32,000 bases of DNA from Mycolicibacterium smegmatis (GCF_001457595.1 NZ_LN831039.1:630001-662000), one strand, 5' to 3'; positions 15,422-25,029 are shown, numbered from the stretch's first letter. A program made the numbers and translations. Notes: generated by a model not told the origin, from the letters alone.

Positions 15422-15437
15422 ATTGAAACGTTTCAAT
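15422..15437. promoter_or_regulatory. Perfect 16-bp palindrome ATTGAAACGTTTCAAT; LacI-family operator candidate for the regulator at 21870..22862
   Basis: The sequence is its own reverse complement. Its central CG and TGAAAC/GTTTCA half-sites fit the generic LacI/CcpA operator architecture. It sits 11 nt upstream of the first possible rhaM start. I found only one copy in the window. Confidence 0.6.
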
Positions 15438-15448
15438 ACGGAGCGAAT

Positions 15449-15793
15449 TTGACTGCCTCAGCCGCACCCACCATGCAGCGCGTCTGCTTCGTCCTCCAGC
15501 TCAGGCCCGAGCGGATGGACGAGTACCTCACGGCCCACGAGCAGGTCTGGCCTGAAATGCTGGAGGCACTGTCGGAAGCCGGGTGGCACAACTACTCGTT
15601 GTTCGTCCGCGAGAGCGACGGACTGGTGGTCGGCTACCTGGAGACCGACGACTTCGCCTCGGCGCAGAAACGCATGGCGGAGACCGACGTCAACGCGCGG
15701 TGGCAGGCCAACATGGCCGAGTTCTTCGTCAGCGACGGGTCCAACCCCGACCAGCTGATGACGCCCCTGTTCGAGTACTTCCACCTGGCATGA
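15449..15793 (+). CDS. rhaM: L-rhamnose mutarotase
   Basis: The pattern RVCFVLQLRPERMDEYLTAHEQVWPEMLEAL..GWHNYSLF...RWQ...F matches the RhaM/YiiL family. TTG 15449 has GGAG 5 nt upstream. ATG 15473 (MQRVCF...) would give the more usual length of about 106 aa. Confidence 0.85.
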   Translation: MTASAAPTMQRVCFVLQLRPERMDEYLTAHEQVWPEMLEALSEAGWHNYSLFVRESDGLVVGYLETDDFASAQKRMAETDVNARWQANMAEFFVSDGSNPDQLMTPLFEYFHLA

Positions 15794-15833
15794 CGCCGCC
15801 CCAGATCCCATCACCTGTGAATCGAGGAAACCC

Positions 15834-17165
15834 ATGAAGCTCGGAGCGCGGTCCACCACCGGGTGGCGGGCGACCATCGCGGTCGCGATGTCGAACTACA
15901 TCGAGGCCGGATCGATCATCGCGATCGCCACCAGCCTGGGGTTCTGGCAGACGGCGTTCGGCATCAGCAACTTCGCGGTCGGTCTGCTCGCGGCACTGAG
16001 CGCCAACGCCTTCGGCGCCGCGATCGGCGCCATTTTGGGCGGACCGTTGTGCGACCGCTTCGGCCGCAAGGCCATCTACACCTACGACCTGCTGGTGTAC
16101 ATGGCCGGCGTGCTGCTCGCGGCATGCGCGGTCAACTACGCGATGCTGCTGGCGGCGTTCATCATCACCGGCATCGCGGTCGGCGCGGGTGTCCCCGCGT
16201 CGTGGACCTACATCGCCGAACAGGCACCGTCGGTCGAGCGGGCCAAGCACGTCGGCACCGCGCAGTTGGCGTGGTCGGTGGGCCCGCTGATCGGTTTCGC
16301 GCTGGCGGCCGCGCTCGCGCCGCTCGGCCTGCTGGGCTCGCGGCTGATCTTCATCCACCTCTTCGTGGTCGCGGGCGTCGTGTGGTGGGTCCGCCAGGGT
16401 CTGGCCGAATCGCAGATCTGGACCGACGAGGCCAAGAACGAGACGCAGGCCGAGACGAAGGCCGTGGCCTCCGCGGTCGGACTGCGCGGACTGCGCGGAT
16501 TGTTCTCCAAGCGCGTCAACATCACCGCGCTGCTGTTCCTCGGCGGCATCTACCTGTTCTGGAACACCGTGGCCGGGCAGGCCGGCATCTTCATGCCGCG
16601 TGTGTACGACACCGCGGGTCTGCACAGCCCCGTCGCGCAGAACCTGCTGCAGGTGCTGGTGTGGGGGTGCACGGTCGCGGCCACGTACTTCGGGTTCATG
16701 CGGTACGCCGACCGCGTCTCGCAGCGCCTCCTCTATGTCGGCGGCGCAGCGCTGGGCATCGTGGGCTGGATCGTGCTGGTGGCGTTCACCGACGGCGGCG
16801 TGCCGACCATGCTGGCGTTCGCGGTGCTGTGGGGTGTCTCGGCCGGTATCGGCGCGCAGGCCTTCTACAGTCTGTGGGCCAGTGAGCTGTTCGCGACGCC
16901 GTACCGCGCCAGCGCGCAGGGCGTGATGTTCTTCGTCGTGCGCACCATGACGGGCGTGCTCAGTTACTTCTTCCCGACGCTGCTGGCCGTCACCGGGCTC
17001 ACCGCGGTCGGTGTGCTGCTCGTCGTGCTTTTGACCATCGCGATGCTGATCGGCGCGTTCGGCGCGCCGGCCACGCGCGGCAAGACGCTGCGGGAGATCG
17101 AGGTCGAACGCTACGGCGCCCCCGTGAGCCCGACGGCAGAAGACAAGGAAAGGACCCCGGCATGA
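15834..17165 (+). CDS. MFS sugar transporter (probable L-rhamnose permease by context)
   Basis: The product is 443 aa with 12 predicted TM segments and the sugar-porter motif A GGPLCDRFGRKAIY. GAGGAA lies upstream of the ATG. Its stop overlaps the rhaI ATG (ATGA at 17162-17165). Confidence 0.85.
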   Translation: MKLGARSTTGWRATIAVAMSNYIEAGSIIAIATSLGFWQTAFGISNFAVGLLAALSANAFGAAIGAILGGPLCDRFGRKAIYTYDLLVYMAGVLLAACAVNYAMLLAAFIITGIAVGAGVPASWTYIAEQAPSVERAKHVGTAQLAWSVGPLIGFALAAALAPLGLLGSRLIFIHLFVVAGVVWWVRQGLAESQIWTDEAKNETQAETKAVASAVGLRGLRGLFSKRVNITALLFLGGIYLFWNTVAGQAGIFMPRVYDTAGLHSPVAQNLLQVLVWGCTVAATYFGFMRYADRVSQRLLYVGGAALGIVGWIVLVAFTDGGVPTMLAFAVLWGVSAGIGAQAFYSLWASELFATPYRASAQGVMFFVVRTMTGVLSYFFPTLLAVTGLTAVGVLLVVLLTIAMLIGAFGAPATRGKTLREIEVERYGAPVSPTAEDKERTPA

Positions 17166-18325
17166 GTGCGATCAACGTGCACCCGGCCCTCGACAACCTC
17201 GCGATCGAACTGCCCTCGTGGGCGTTCGGCAACTCCGGCACGCGGTTCAAGGTGTTCGGCACGCCCGGCACACCGCGCACGGTCGAGGAGAAGATCGCCG
17301 ACGCCGCCATGGTGCACCGGATGACCGGTCTGGCGCCGCGCGTCGCGTTGCACATCCCGTGGGACACCGTCGACGACTACGCCGCGCTGGGCGTCTACGC
17401 GCGCGAGCAGGGCGTCGAACTGGGCACCATCAATTCCAACACCTTCCAGGACGACGACTACAAGTTCGGCAGCCTGACCCACACCGACAAGGGCGTGCGG
17501 CAGAAGGCCATCGACCACCACCTCGCGTGCATCGAGATCATGAATCAGACCGGATCGCGCGACCTCAAGATCTGGCTGGCCGACGGCACCAACTACCCCG
17601 GACAGGGCGACATCCGCGGCCGCCAGGACCGGCTGGCCGAATCGCTGGCTGCGATCTACCAGCACATCGGGCCTGACCAGCGAATGGTGCTGGAGTACAA
17701 GTTCTTCGAGCCGGCCATGTACATGACCGACGTGCCCGACTGGGGTACGGCCTACGCCCAGGTCAGCGCGCTCGGCGAACGCGCCGTGGTGTGCCTGGAC
17801 ACCGGGCACCACGCGCCGGGCACCAACATCGAGTTCATCGTCGCGCAGCTGCTGCGGCTGGGGAAGCTCGGCTCCTTCGACTTCAACTCGCGGTTCTATG
17901 CCGACGACGACCTCATCGTCGGGGCGGCCGATCCGTTCCAGCTGTTCCGCATCCTGTTCGAGGTGATCCGCGGCGGCGGGCTCGATCCGTCGTCCGGCGT
18001 CGCGCTGATGCTCGACCAGTGCCACAACGTGGAAGCCAAGATCCCCGGGCAGATCCGTTCGGTGCTCAACGTGGCCGAGATGACCGCACGCGCATTGCTT
18101 GTCGACACCGAGGCGCTCGCCGAGGCGCAGGAGAACGGCGACGTCCTTGGCGCCAACGGGATCTTCATGGACGCCTTCTACACCGATGTGCGTCCGGCCC
18201 TGGCGAAGTGGCGCGTCGACCGCGGGCTGCCGGGGGACCCGATGGCCGCGTACGCCGCATCGGGATACCAGGACACGATCAACGCAGAACGAGTCGGCGG
18301 CACGCAGTCGTCGTGGGGAGCATGA
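17162..18325 (+). CDS. rhaI: L-rhamnose isomerase (RhaI, xylose-isomerase-like TIM barrel type)
   Basis: The product is 387 aa. The blocks LPSWAFGNSGTRFKVF, RVALHIPWD, KFGSLTHTD, DTGHHAPGTNIEFIVAQLL and FDFNSRFYADDDL match the Pseudomonas stutzeri/actinobacterial L-RhI family as I recall it. Confidence 0.85.
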   Translation: MSAINVHPALDNLAIELPSWAFGNSGTRFKVFGTPGTPRTVEEKIADAAMVHRMTGLAPRVALHIPWDTVDDYAALGVYAREQGVELGTINSNTFQDDDYKFGSLTHTDKGVRQKAIDHHLACIEIMNQTGSRDLKIWLADGTNYPGQGDIRGRQDRLAESLAAIYQHIGPDQRMVLEYKFFEPAMYMTDVPDWGTAYAQVSALGERAVVCLDTGHHAPGTNIEFIVAQLLRLGKLGSFDFNSRFYADDDLIVGAADPFQLFRILFEVIRGGGLDPSSGVALMLDQCHNVEAKIPGQIRSVLNVAEMTARALLVDTEALAEAQENGDVLGANGIFMDAFYTDVRPALAKWRVDRGLPGDPMAAYAASGYQDTINAERVGGTQSSWGA

Positions 18326-20367
18326 GCATGAACGCCGAACAAACGGTCGCAGAGCTGATCGCCCGGTCCAACCGGCTGGGCTCGGACCCGAAGAACACCA
18401 ACTACGCCGGCGGCAACACCTCGGCCAAGGGCACCGACACCGACCCGGTCACCGGGCAGCCTGTCGAACTGTTGTGGGTCAAGGGATCCGGCGGTGATCT
18501 CGGAACGCTCACCGAGAACGGGCTCGCGGTACTGCGACTGGACCGCATGCGCGCACTGGTGGACGTGTACCCCGGGGTCGAGCGCGAAGACGAGATGGTC
18601 GCGGCGTTCGACTACTGCCTGCACGGCCGCGGTGGCGCGGCGCCGTCGATCGACACCGCCATGCACGGCCTGGTCGACGCCGCTCACGTCGACCACCTGC
18701 ACCCCGACTCGGGTATCGCGCTGGCCACCGCGGCCGACGGTGAGGCGCTGACCAAGCAGATCTTCGGCGATCGCGTGGTGTGGGTGCCGTGGCGGCGCCC
18801 AGGCTTCCAGTTGGGCCTCGACATCGCCGACATCAAGCGACGTAACCCCCAGGCCATCGGCACCATCCTCGGCGGGCACGGCATCACGGCGTGGGGCTCG
18901 ACTTCCGCAGAGGCCGAGGCACATTCGTTGGAGATCATCGAGACCGCCGAACGCTACATCGCCGAGAACGGGCGGCCCGAGCCGTTCGGCGCCCCGCTTG
19001 CCGGGTACGGCGCGCTGCCCGACGACGCACGACGCGCCAAGGCCGCGCAGCTCGCACCGTTCATCCGCGGTCTGGTCTCCACCGACAGGCCGCAGGTCGG
19101 CCACTTCACCGACGACCCTCGTGTGCTCGAATTCCTCTCCGCCAGTGAGCATCCCCGCCTCGCGGCGCTGGGCACCAGCTGCCCCGACCACTTCCTGCGC
19201 ACCAAGGTCAAGCCGCTCGTGCTGGATCTGCCCGCCGACGCCACGGTCGACGAGTGCAAGAACCGGTTGGCCGAACTGCACGAGGCCTACCGGGTGGATT
19301 ACCAGGCCTACTACGACCGGCACGCCACGCCCGACAGCCCCGCGATCCGCGGAGCCGACCCGGCCATCGTGCTGATCCCCGGCGTCGGCATGTTCAGCTA
19401 CGGCAAGGACAAGCAGACCGCCCGCGTGGCAGGCGAGTTCTACCTCAACGCCATCAACGTCATGCGCGGTGCCGAGGCCATCTCCACCTACGCGCCCATC
19501 GACGAGGCCGAGAAGTTCCGCATCGAGTACTGGGCACTCGAAGAGGCCAAACTGCAGCGCATGCCCAAACCCAAACCGCTGGCCACGCGGATCGCACTGG
19601 TCACCGGTGCGGCCTCGGGCATCGGCAAGGCCATCGCGACCCGCCTGGCCGCCGAAGGCGCCTGCGTGGTGATCGCCGACCTGGACGGCGCCAAGGCGGA
19701 ATCCGCGGCAGCCGAGATCGGTAACACCGACGTGGCCGTCGGGATCGCCGCCGACGTCACCGACGAGGCCGCGGTACAGGCCGCGGTCGACGCGACCGTA
19801 CTGGCCTTCGGCGGCATCGACATCGTGGTGAACAATGCCGGGCTCTCGCTGTCGAAGTCGTTGCTGGACACCACCGCCGAGGACTGGGACCTGCAGCACA
19901 ACGTGATGGCCCGTGGCTCGTTCCTGGTGTCGAAGGCCGCGGCACGCGCGCTCATCGAGCAGAAGCTGGGCGGCGACATCATCTACATCTCGTCGAAGAA
20001 CTCGGTGTTCGCCGGGCCCAACAACATCGCCTACTCGGCGACCAAGGCCGATCAGGCGCATCAGGTTCGGCTGCTGGCGGCCGAACTCGGCGAGCACGGC
20101 GTCAAGGTCAACGGCATCAACCCCGATGGTGTGGTACGCGGCTCGGGTATCTTCGCCGGCGGTTGGGGCGCCAAACGTGCCGCGGTGTACGGGGTTCCGG
20201 AAGAGGAGCTGGGCAAGTACTACGCGCAGCGCACCCTCCTCAAGCGTGAGGTCCTGCCCGAGCACGTCGCCAACGCGGCGTTCGCGCTGTGCACGTCGGA
20301 CTTCTCGCACACCACCGGTCTGCATGTGCCGGTGGATGCGGGGGTCGCCGCGGCGTTTTTGCGATGA
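18322..20367 (+). CDS. rhaEW: Bifunctional L-rhamnulose-1-phosphate aldolase / L-lactaldehyde dehydrogenase (class II aldolase domain fused to an SDR domain)
   Basis: This is the ORF 17791..20367 frame, started at ATG 18322 (MSMNAEQTVAELI...), which overlaps the rhaI stop (ATGA). The N-terminal half is aldolase/adducin-like (NTNYAGGNTSAKG, HLHPDSGIA). The C-terminal half is an SDR with ALVTGAASGIGKAIA and YSATKADQ (YxxxK). Confidence 0.85.
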   Translation: MSMNAEQTVAELIARSNRLGSDPKNTNYAGGNTSAKGTDTDPVTGQPVELLWVKGSGGDLGTLTENGLAVLRLDRMRALVDVYPGVEREDEMVAAFDYCLHGRGGAAPSIDTAMHGLVDAAHVDHLHPDSGIALATAADGEALTKQIFGDRVVWVPWRRPGFQLGLDIADIKRRNPQAIGTILGGHGITAWGSTSAEAEAHSLEIIETAERYIAENGRPEPFGAPLAGYGALPDDARRAKAAQLAPFIRGLVSTDRPQVGHFTDDPRVLEFLSASEHPRLAALGTSCPDHFLRTKVKPLVLDLPADATVDECKNRLAELHEAYRVDYQAYYDRHATPDSPAIRGADPAIVLIPGVGMFSYGKDKQTARVAGEFYLNAINVMRGAEAISTYAPIDEAEKFRIEYWALEEAKLQRMPKPKPLATRIALVTGAASGIGKAIATRLAAEGACVVIADLDGAKAESAAAEIGNTDVAVGIAADVTDEAAVQAAVDATVLAFGGIDIVVNNAGLSLSKSLLDTTAEDWDLQHNVMARGSFLVSKAAARALIEQKLGGDIIYISSKNSVFAGPNNIAYSATKADQAHQVRLLAAELGEHGVKVNGINPDGVVRGSGIFAGGWGAKRAAVYGVPEEELGKYYAQRTLLKREVLPEHVANAAFALCTSDFSHTTGLHVPVDAGVAAAFLR

Positions 20368-20395
20368 GCGCTTGCGCGAAGAGCCGAGAACAGCG

Positions 20396-21853
20396 ATGAG
20401 CGCCATACAGGTCGCGGCCGTCGACCTCGGGGCCACCAGCGGCCGCGTGATGGTCGCCGACATCGACGGCGACCGACTCGACATGCGCACGGTGGCGCGG
20501 TTCCCGAACGATCCGGTGACCCTGTGGAACGGCACGGGCGACGAGTTGCGCTGGAACGTGCCCACGCTGTACGGCCACGTCATCGACGGGCTCACCCGGG
20601 CCGGACGCGACTGCGACAGCCTGGTCGGCGTCGGCGTGGACTCGTGGGCCGTCGACTACGGTCTGCTGCGCGAAGGACGGCTGCTGTCGCTGCCGATGCA
20701 CTACCGCGACGCGCGCACCGCTCGTGGCGTCGAGTTGGTGCACGATGTCCTGGACGCACCGGAGCTCTACCGGCGCAACGGGATCCAGTTCCTGCCGTTC
20801 AACACCGTGTACCAGCTTGCCGCCGAGCGGGCGAGCGGCCTGCTCGACCTCGCCGACACCGTGTTGCTGGTGCCCGACCTGCTGACGTATTGGCTCACCG
20901 GTCAGCGCGTGGCCGAGCGCACCAACGCCTCGACCACGGGACTGCTGGCGTTGGACGGCACCTGGGACCGGGACCTGATGACCCGGTTGGACCTGCCGCA
21001 CACGTTGTTCCCGCCCATCGTGGAGGCGGGCAGTCGCTGCGGCCCGCTGTTGCCGAGCGTCGCCCGACAGATCGGGCTGACCGGCAAGGCCGGCGCCGAG
21101 GTGGTGTCGGTGGCCTCCCATGACACCGCGTCGGCCGTCGCGGCCATCCCGATGGATCCCGATCACGCGGCCTACATATCGTGCGGCACATGGGGACTGG
21201 TGGGCGTCGAGCTGGGCCGTCAGGTGGCCACCGATGCCGCCCGCGAGGCGAACTTCACCAACGAGGTTGGCGCCGACCAGCGGATCCGATTCCTGCACAA
21301 CGTGATGGGTCTGTGGCTGCTGAGCGAGACCCTCCGGCAGTACGAGCGCGACGGCCACGACGTCGATCTCGCCGACCTGCTGGCCGGTGCCGCGCAGGCA
21401 CCCGCGCCGCCCGTGGTGTTCGACACCGACGATCCGCGGTTCTTGCCACCGGGGGATCTGCCGGCGCGCATCAGCGCCTGGTATGTCGAGCGGGGACACA
21501 CCCCGCCCGCGGATCCCGTGCAGATGGTGCGTGCGATCCTGGAGAGCCTCGCCGCGGCATTCGCGTCGGCGGTCTGCACGGCCGCCGAGCTCTCCGGCGT
21601 CGACGTGCGGACGGTGCACATGGTCGGCGGTGGATCCCAGAACGAGTTGCTGTGCCAGCTGACGGCCGACCGGATCGGGATGCCGCTGCTGGCAGGGCCG
21701 GTGGAGGCCACAGCCCTGGGCAACGTACTGCTCACGGCCCGCGCGCGGCACGTCATCAGCGGCGACCTGGCGAGTTTGCGTGCACGCGTCGCGCAGTGGT
21801 TCCCCCCGCGGCGCTACCTTCCCCGAACCAGCCGTACCACTGCCATGGTGTGA
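20396..21853 (+). CDS. rhaB: rhamnulokinase (FGGY carbohydrate kinase family)
   Basis: This is the ORF 19913..21853 frame, started at ATG 20396 (MSAIQVAAVDLGATSGRVMVA...). It has FGGY N- and C-terminal domains (GVDSWAVDYGLL, VHMVGGGSQNELLCQLTAD). Confidence 0.85.
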   Translation: MSAIQVAAVDLGATSGRVMVADIDGDRLDMRTVARFPNDPVTLWNGTGDELRWNVPTLYGHVIDGLTRAGRDCDSLVGVGVDSWAVDYGLLREGRLLSLPMHYRDARTARGVELVHDVLDAPELYRRNGIQFLPFNTVYQLAAERASGLLDLADTVLLVPDLLTYWLTGQRVAERTNASTTGLLALDGTWDRDLMTRLDLPHTLFPPIVEAGSRCGPLLPSVARQIGLTGKAGAEVVSVASHDTASAVAAIPMDPDHAAYISCGTWGLVGVELGRQVATDAAREANFTNEVGADQRIRFLHNVMGLWLLSETLRQYERDGHDVDLADLLAGAAQAPAPPVVFDTDDPRFLPPGDLPARISAWYVERGHTPPADPVQMVRAILESLAAAFASAVCTAAELSGVDVRTVHMVGGGSQNELLCQLTADRIGMPLLAGPVEATALGNVLLTARARHVISGDLASLRARVAQWFPPRRYLPRTSRTTAMV

Positions 21854-21869
21854 TGTACCCGTGGTGAGC

Positions 21870-22862
21870 ATGCGAGAGGTAGCTGCCGCGGCCTCGGTGT
21901 CGGTGGGCACGGTGTCCAACGTGCTCAACGCGCCGGACAAAGTCGCACCGGCAACAGTGGCGCGGGTGCAGGCGGCCATCGACAAGCTGGGGTTCGTGCG
22001 CAACGACGCGGCGCGTCAGCTCAAGGCAGGCCGCTCGCGCAGCGTCGGACTCGTGGTGCTGGACATCGGCAACCCCTTCTTCACCGACATCGCCCGCGCC
22101 GCGGAGCGTCGTGCCGGCGAGCACAACCTCACAGTGCTGCTCGGGACGTCCGACGACGACGCCACCCGTGAGCGCGCGTACGTCGACGCGTTCGACGAAC
22201 AACGCGTGTACGGGCTGCTGGTGTCGCCGGTGGGCGAGGATCTCAACCGCCTTGTCGCACTGCGTGAGCGGGGCACTCCCGTGGTGCTCGTCGACCGTGA
22301 CGGCGGCGGCACCCCGTTCGACTCGGTCGCCGTGGACGACGTCGCGGGCGGCTGTCTGGCCGTGCAGCACCTGTGCGCCACCGGCCGCCGGAAGATCGCG
22401 TTCGTGGGCGGCCCGGGAACGCTGCGCCAGATCCGTGACCGCCGCCGCGGCGCGGCCGACGCCGTGGGGCGGACCCCAGGCGCGACGCTGGAGATCATCG
22501 ACACCGACGCGCCGAGCGTGCTGGCCGGCCGGGCCGTCGGTGAACAACTGCGCCGACGCGCCCGCCAGGACCGGCCGGACGCGGTCTTCTGTGCCAACGA
22601 CCTGCTCGCCATCGGCGTGCTGCAGGCGCTGAGCCTTACGGGCGATCTCCGTGTGCCAGACGACATGGCGCTGGTCGGCTACGACGACATCGACTTTGCG
22701 CGTTCGGCGGTCGTGCCGCTCACGTCGGTGCGCCAGCCCACGGGCGAGATCGGGACCACGGCGGTGGACCTGCTGATCGGTGCGGCCGAGGACGCGACCG
22801 GCCGCAACCCCGAACATGTTGTCTTCCAACCGGAATTGGTCGTCCGCGATTCGACGAGTTGA
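21870..22862 (+). CDS. rhaR: LacI family transcriptional regulator (rhamnose regulon repressor by context)
   Basis: This is the ORF 21780..22862 frame. The N-terminal HTH is MREVAAAASVSVGTVSNVLNAPDKVAPATVARVQAAIDKLGF, followed by a periplasmic-binding-protein-like sugar domain. GTG 21861 and GTG 21864 are alternative starts. The symbol is contextual only. Confidence 0.8.
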   Translation: MREVAAAASVSVGTVSNVLNAPDKVAPATVARVQAAIDKLGFVRNDAARQLKAGRSRSVGLVVLDIGNPFFTDIARAAERRAGEHNLTVLLGTSDDDATRERAYVDAFDEQRVYGLLVSPVGEDLNRLVALRERGTPVVLVDRDGGGTPFDSVAVDDVAGGCLAVQHLCATGRRKIAFVGGPGTLRQIRDRRRGAADAVGRTPGATLEIIDTDAPSVLAGRAVGEQLRRRARQDRPDAVFCANDLLAIGVLQALSLTGDLRVPDDMALVGYDDIDFARSAVVPLTSVRQPTGEIGTTAVDLLIGAAEDATGRNPEHVVFQPELVVRDSTS

Positions 22863-22948
22863 CCCTTCTCAGCCTCCGCGAGATCGACGAAAACGTCGTC
22901 GGTGTCGAGGCGCGGCGACATTTGCGTCGGTTTCGCGTGGGGTTCGGG

Positions 22949-23563
22949 CTAGAGGATCAACACGTCGAGCGTGCGCGGGCCGTGCACCCCTTCGACGCGT
23001 TCGAGTTCGATGTCGCTGGTCGCGCTCGGTCCCGAGATGAAGGTCAGTGGGCGCTCGGTGCCGAGCGCGGCGAAACCCTGCGGAACGATGTCGACGATCT
23101 GATCGGTGCGCACGACGCAGATGTGGTGATCGGGCACCAGGGTCAGGGCGCGGCGGCCCTGCGTGGCGCCTGCGTCGAGCACGATGGTGCCGGTTGCGGC
23201 GATGCCGACGGCACACCCGGTCAGCACAGCATCCGCGGCGTCGAGTTGCTCGACAGTCAGCACAGGATCGTCGGAAAGGATGCGCACACCGGTGATCCAC
23301 TCGGCCGGCACATCAGGCGGCACCACCACGGTGGCGTCGGATCCGGTGAGCTCGCGCACCAAACCGGCGATGTCGGAGGCGGCCACGCGGTGCACCCGGG
23401 CGCGGTATTCGGCGACGGCCTCGGCGAACCGCTCGACGTCGGCCGGACCGCTCAACGGTTCGCGGTGGTATTCGCGCGGCACCGTGACGGGCTGCGGCGG
23501 TACGGCGGCCAGCGCCGAGCGGATGCGGCCCAGCACCGCGGCCCGGCCGTCGGTCCCGGTCAT
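22949..23563 (-). CDS. lutC: Lactate utilisation protein C (LutC/YkgG family)
   Basis: This is the C-terminal 204 aa of ORF 22949..24313, beginning MTGTDGRAAVLGRIRSAL... The LUD-domain pattern is GCAVGIAATGTIVLDAG...RALTLVPDHHICVV. Its ATG overlaps the lutB stop (ATGA at 23560-23563). Confidence 0.8.
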   Translation of the reverse strand: MTGTDGRAAVLGRIRSALAAVPPQPVTVPREYHREPLSGPADVERFAEAVAEYRARVHRVAASDIAGLVRELTGSDATVVVPPDVPAEWITGVRILSDDPVLTVEQLDAADAVLTGCAVGIAATGTIVLDAGATQGRRALTLVPDHHICVVRTDQIVDIVPQGFAALGTERPLTFISGPSATSDIELERVEGVHGPRTLDVLIL

Positions 23564-25029
23564 CGCGAACCTCCCTCGTGCGTGCGGTTCCACCATTGCC
23601 GGAAGGTTTCCTTCGGTGGTTCGGGAAGGTCGCGGCTGCTGGTCCACTTGGAGGCGGGCCACGGCAGCGTCGAGATGCGGTGGTCCTTGCCCGCGATGAC
23701 ACGTCCAGCCGCAAGCGCCTTCTCCGCCAACGAGAATCGCTTCGCATCCGACATGGCCCAGCCGGCGGCCTTCATCGCGATGTCCTGCCCGCCCGGCAGG
23801 CCGCCCCGCTCGGAATCGACCTGCTGTGCGCGCAGGTGCACCAGGATCGACGGGATGTCGATACGGACCGGGCACGCCTCGAAGCACGCGCCGCACAACG
23901 ACGACGCATAAGGCAGGCTCGCATTGGGATCGTCGTGCCCGGTGGTCCCCGTGAGCTGAGGGCTCAGAATCGCACCGATCGGGCCCGGGTACACCGACCC
24001 GTAGGCGTGGCCACCGGTGCGCTCGTAGACCGGGCACACGTTCAGGCATGCGCTGCACCGGATGCAGTGCAGCGCAGCGCGTCCGACCTCGTCGGCCAGG
24101 ACGCGGGTGCGCCCGTTGTCGAGGAGCACCAGGTGGAATTCCTGCGGCCCGTCGCCCGGGTGTACGCCCGTCCACATCGACGTGTACGGGTTCATGCGCT
24201 CCGCGGTCGACGACCGGGGGAGCAGCTGCATGAACACTTCCAGATCGGCGAACGTGGGCACGATCTTCTCGATGCCCATCACGGTGATCAGCGTCTCGGG
24301 CAGGGTCAGGCACATCCGGCCGTTGCCCTCGGACTCGACCACCGCGAGCGTACCCGTCTCGGCCACACCGAAATTCGCGCCGCTGATCGCCACGCGGGCG
24401 GTGAGGAACTTGCGGCGCAGATGCGCGCGGGCAGCCATCGCGAGCACCCGCGGATCGTCGGACAACTCACCGGCGTCGGGCATCTCGCGAGAGAAGATCT
24501 CCCGGATCTCCGAGCGGTTGCGGTGGATCGCGGGCACCAGGATGTGGCTGGGCTTGTCGTGGCCGAGTTGCACGATCAACTCGGCCAGATCGGTTTCGAA
24601 CGCCGCGATGCCCTGGGCCTCGAGGTGTTCGTTGAGGCCGATCTCCTGCGTGGCCATCGATTTGACCTTGACCACCTCGTCGGATCCGGTGGCGCGGATG
24701 AGATCGGTGACGATGCGGTTGGCCTCGTCGGCGTCGCGGGCCCAGTGCACCACCCCGCCGCGTGCGGTGACATTGCTCTCGAGTTGCTCGAGCAGTTCCG
24801 GCAGGCGGGCCATCACGTCCTGTTTGAGCGCACTGCCCGCGGCGCGCAGGTCTTCCCAGTCGTCGCATTCGGCGACGGCGCGCAGACGTTTACCGCGGAT
24901 GGTCTGTGTGGCGTGGCCGATGTTGCGGCGCAGCTGCGAGTTCGCGAGCGCACCGCGCGCGGCGTGCGGGAACGATTCGTCGCCACGCAGGTTCCCGAGT
25001 CCCGGGCTGCCGAGGAATGTCGTGCTCAT
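23560..25029 (-). CDS. lutB: Lactate utilisation protein B (LutB/YkgF, 4Fe-4S protein)
   Basis: This is the ORF 23560..25119 frame, started at ATG 25029 (MSTTFLGSPG...). It has two ferredoxin-type cluster motifs, CIRCSACLNVCP and CGACFEACP. Its ATG overlaps the lutA stop (ATGA at 25026-25029). Confidence 0.9.
   Translation of the reverse strand: MSTTFLGSPGLGNLRGDESFPHAARGALANSQLRRNIGHATQTIRGKRLRAVAECDDWEDLRAAGSALKQDVMARLPELLEQLESNVTARGGVVHWARDADEANRIVTDLIRATGSDEVVKVKSMATQEIGLNEHLEAQGIAAFETDLAELIVQLGHDKPSHILVPAIHRNRSEIREIFSREMPDAGELSDDPRVLAMAARAHLRRKFLTARVAISGANFGVAETGTLAVVESEGNGRMCLTLPETLITVMGIEKIVPTFADLEVFMQLLPRSSTAERMNPYTSMWTGVHPGDGPQEFHLVLLDNGRTRVLADEVGRAALHCIRCSACLNVCPVYERTGGHAYGSVYPGPIGAILSPQLTGTTGHDDPNASLPYASSLCGACFEACPVRIDIPSILVHLRAQQVDSERGGLPGGQDIAMKAAGWAMSDAKRFSLAEKALAAGRVIAGKDHRISTLPWPASKWTSSRDLPEPPKETFRQWWNRTHEGGSR

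Noticed and set aside
17791-18321. Long N-terminal extensions in the ORF track for mmpL (2133), gabT (9854), gabD (11155), rhaEW (17791), rhaB (19913), the LacI gene (21780), lutC (to 24313), lutB (to 25119), lutA (to 25826) and the primase-polymerase (to 28332).
   Set aside because: The extensions overlap the preceding gene in another frame and translate to Arg/Pro-rich nonsense. They are also superseded by internal starts that have an SD sequence or an ATGA coupling and that match the expected family N-termini.
22863-22948. A search for an intrinsic terminator between the LacI-type gene and lutC.
   Set aside because: I found only 4-5-bp stems (for example CGACG-AAAA-CGTCG near 22885-22898), with no extended GC stem or U-tract. 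This is not convincing enough to annotate.
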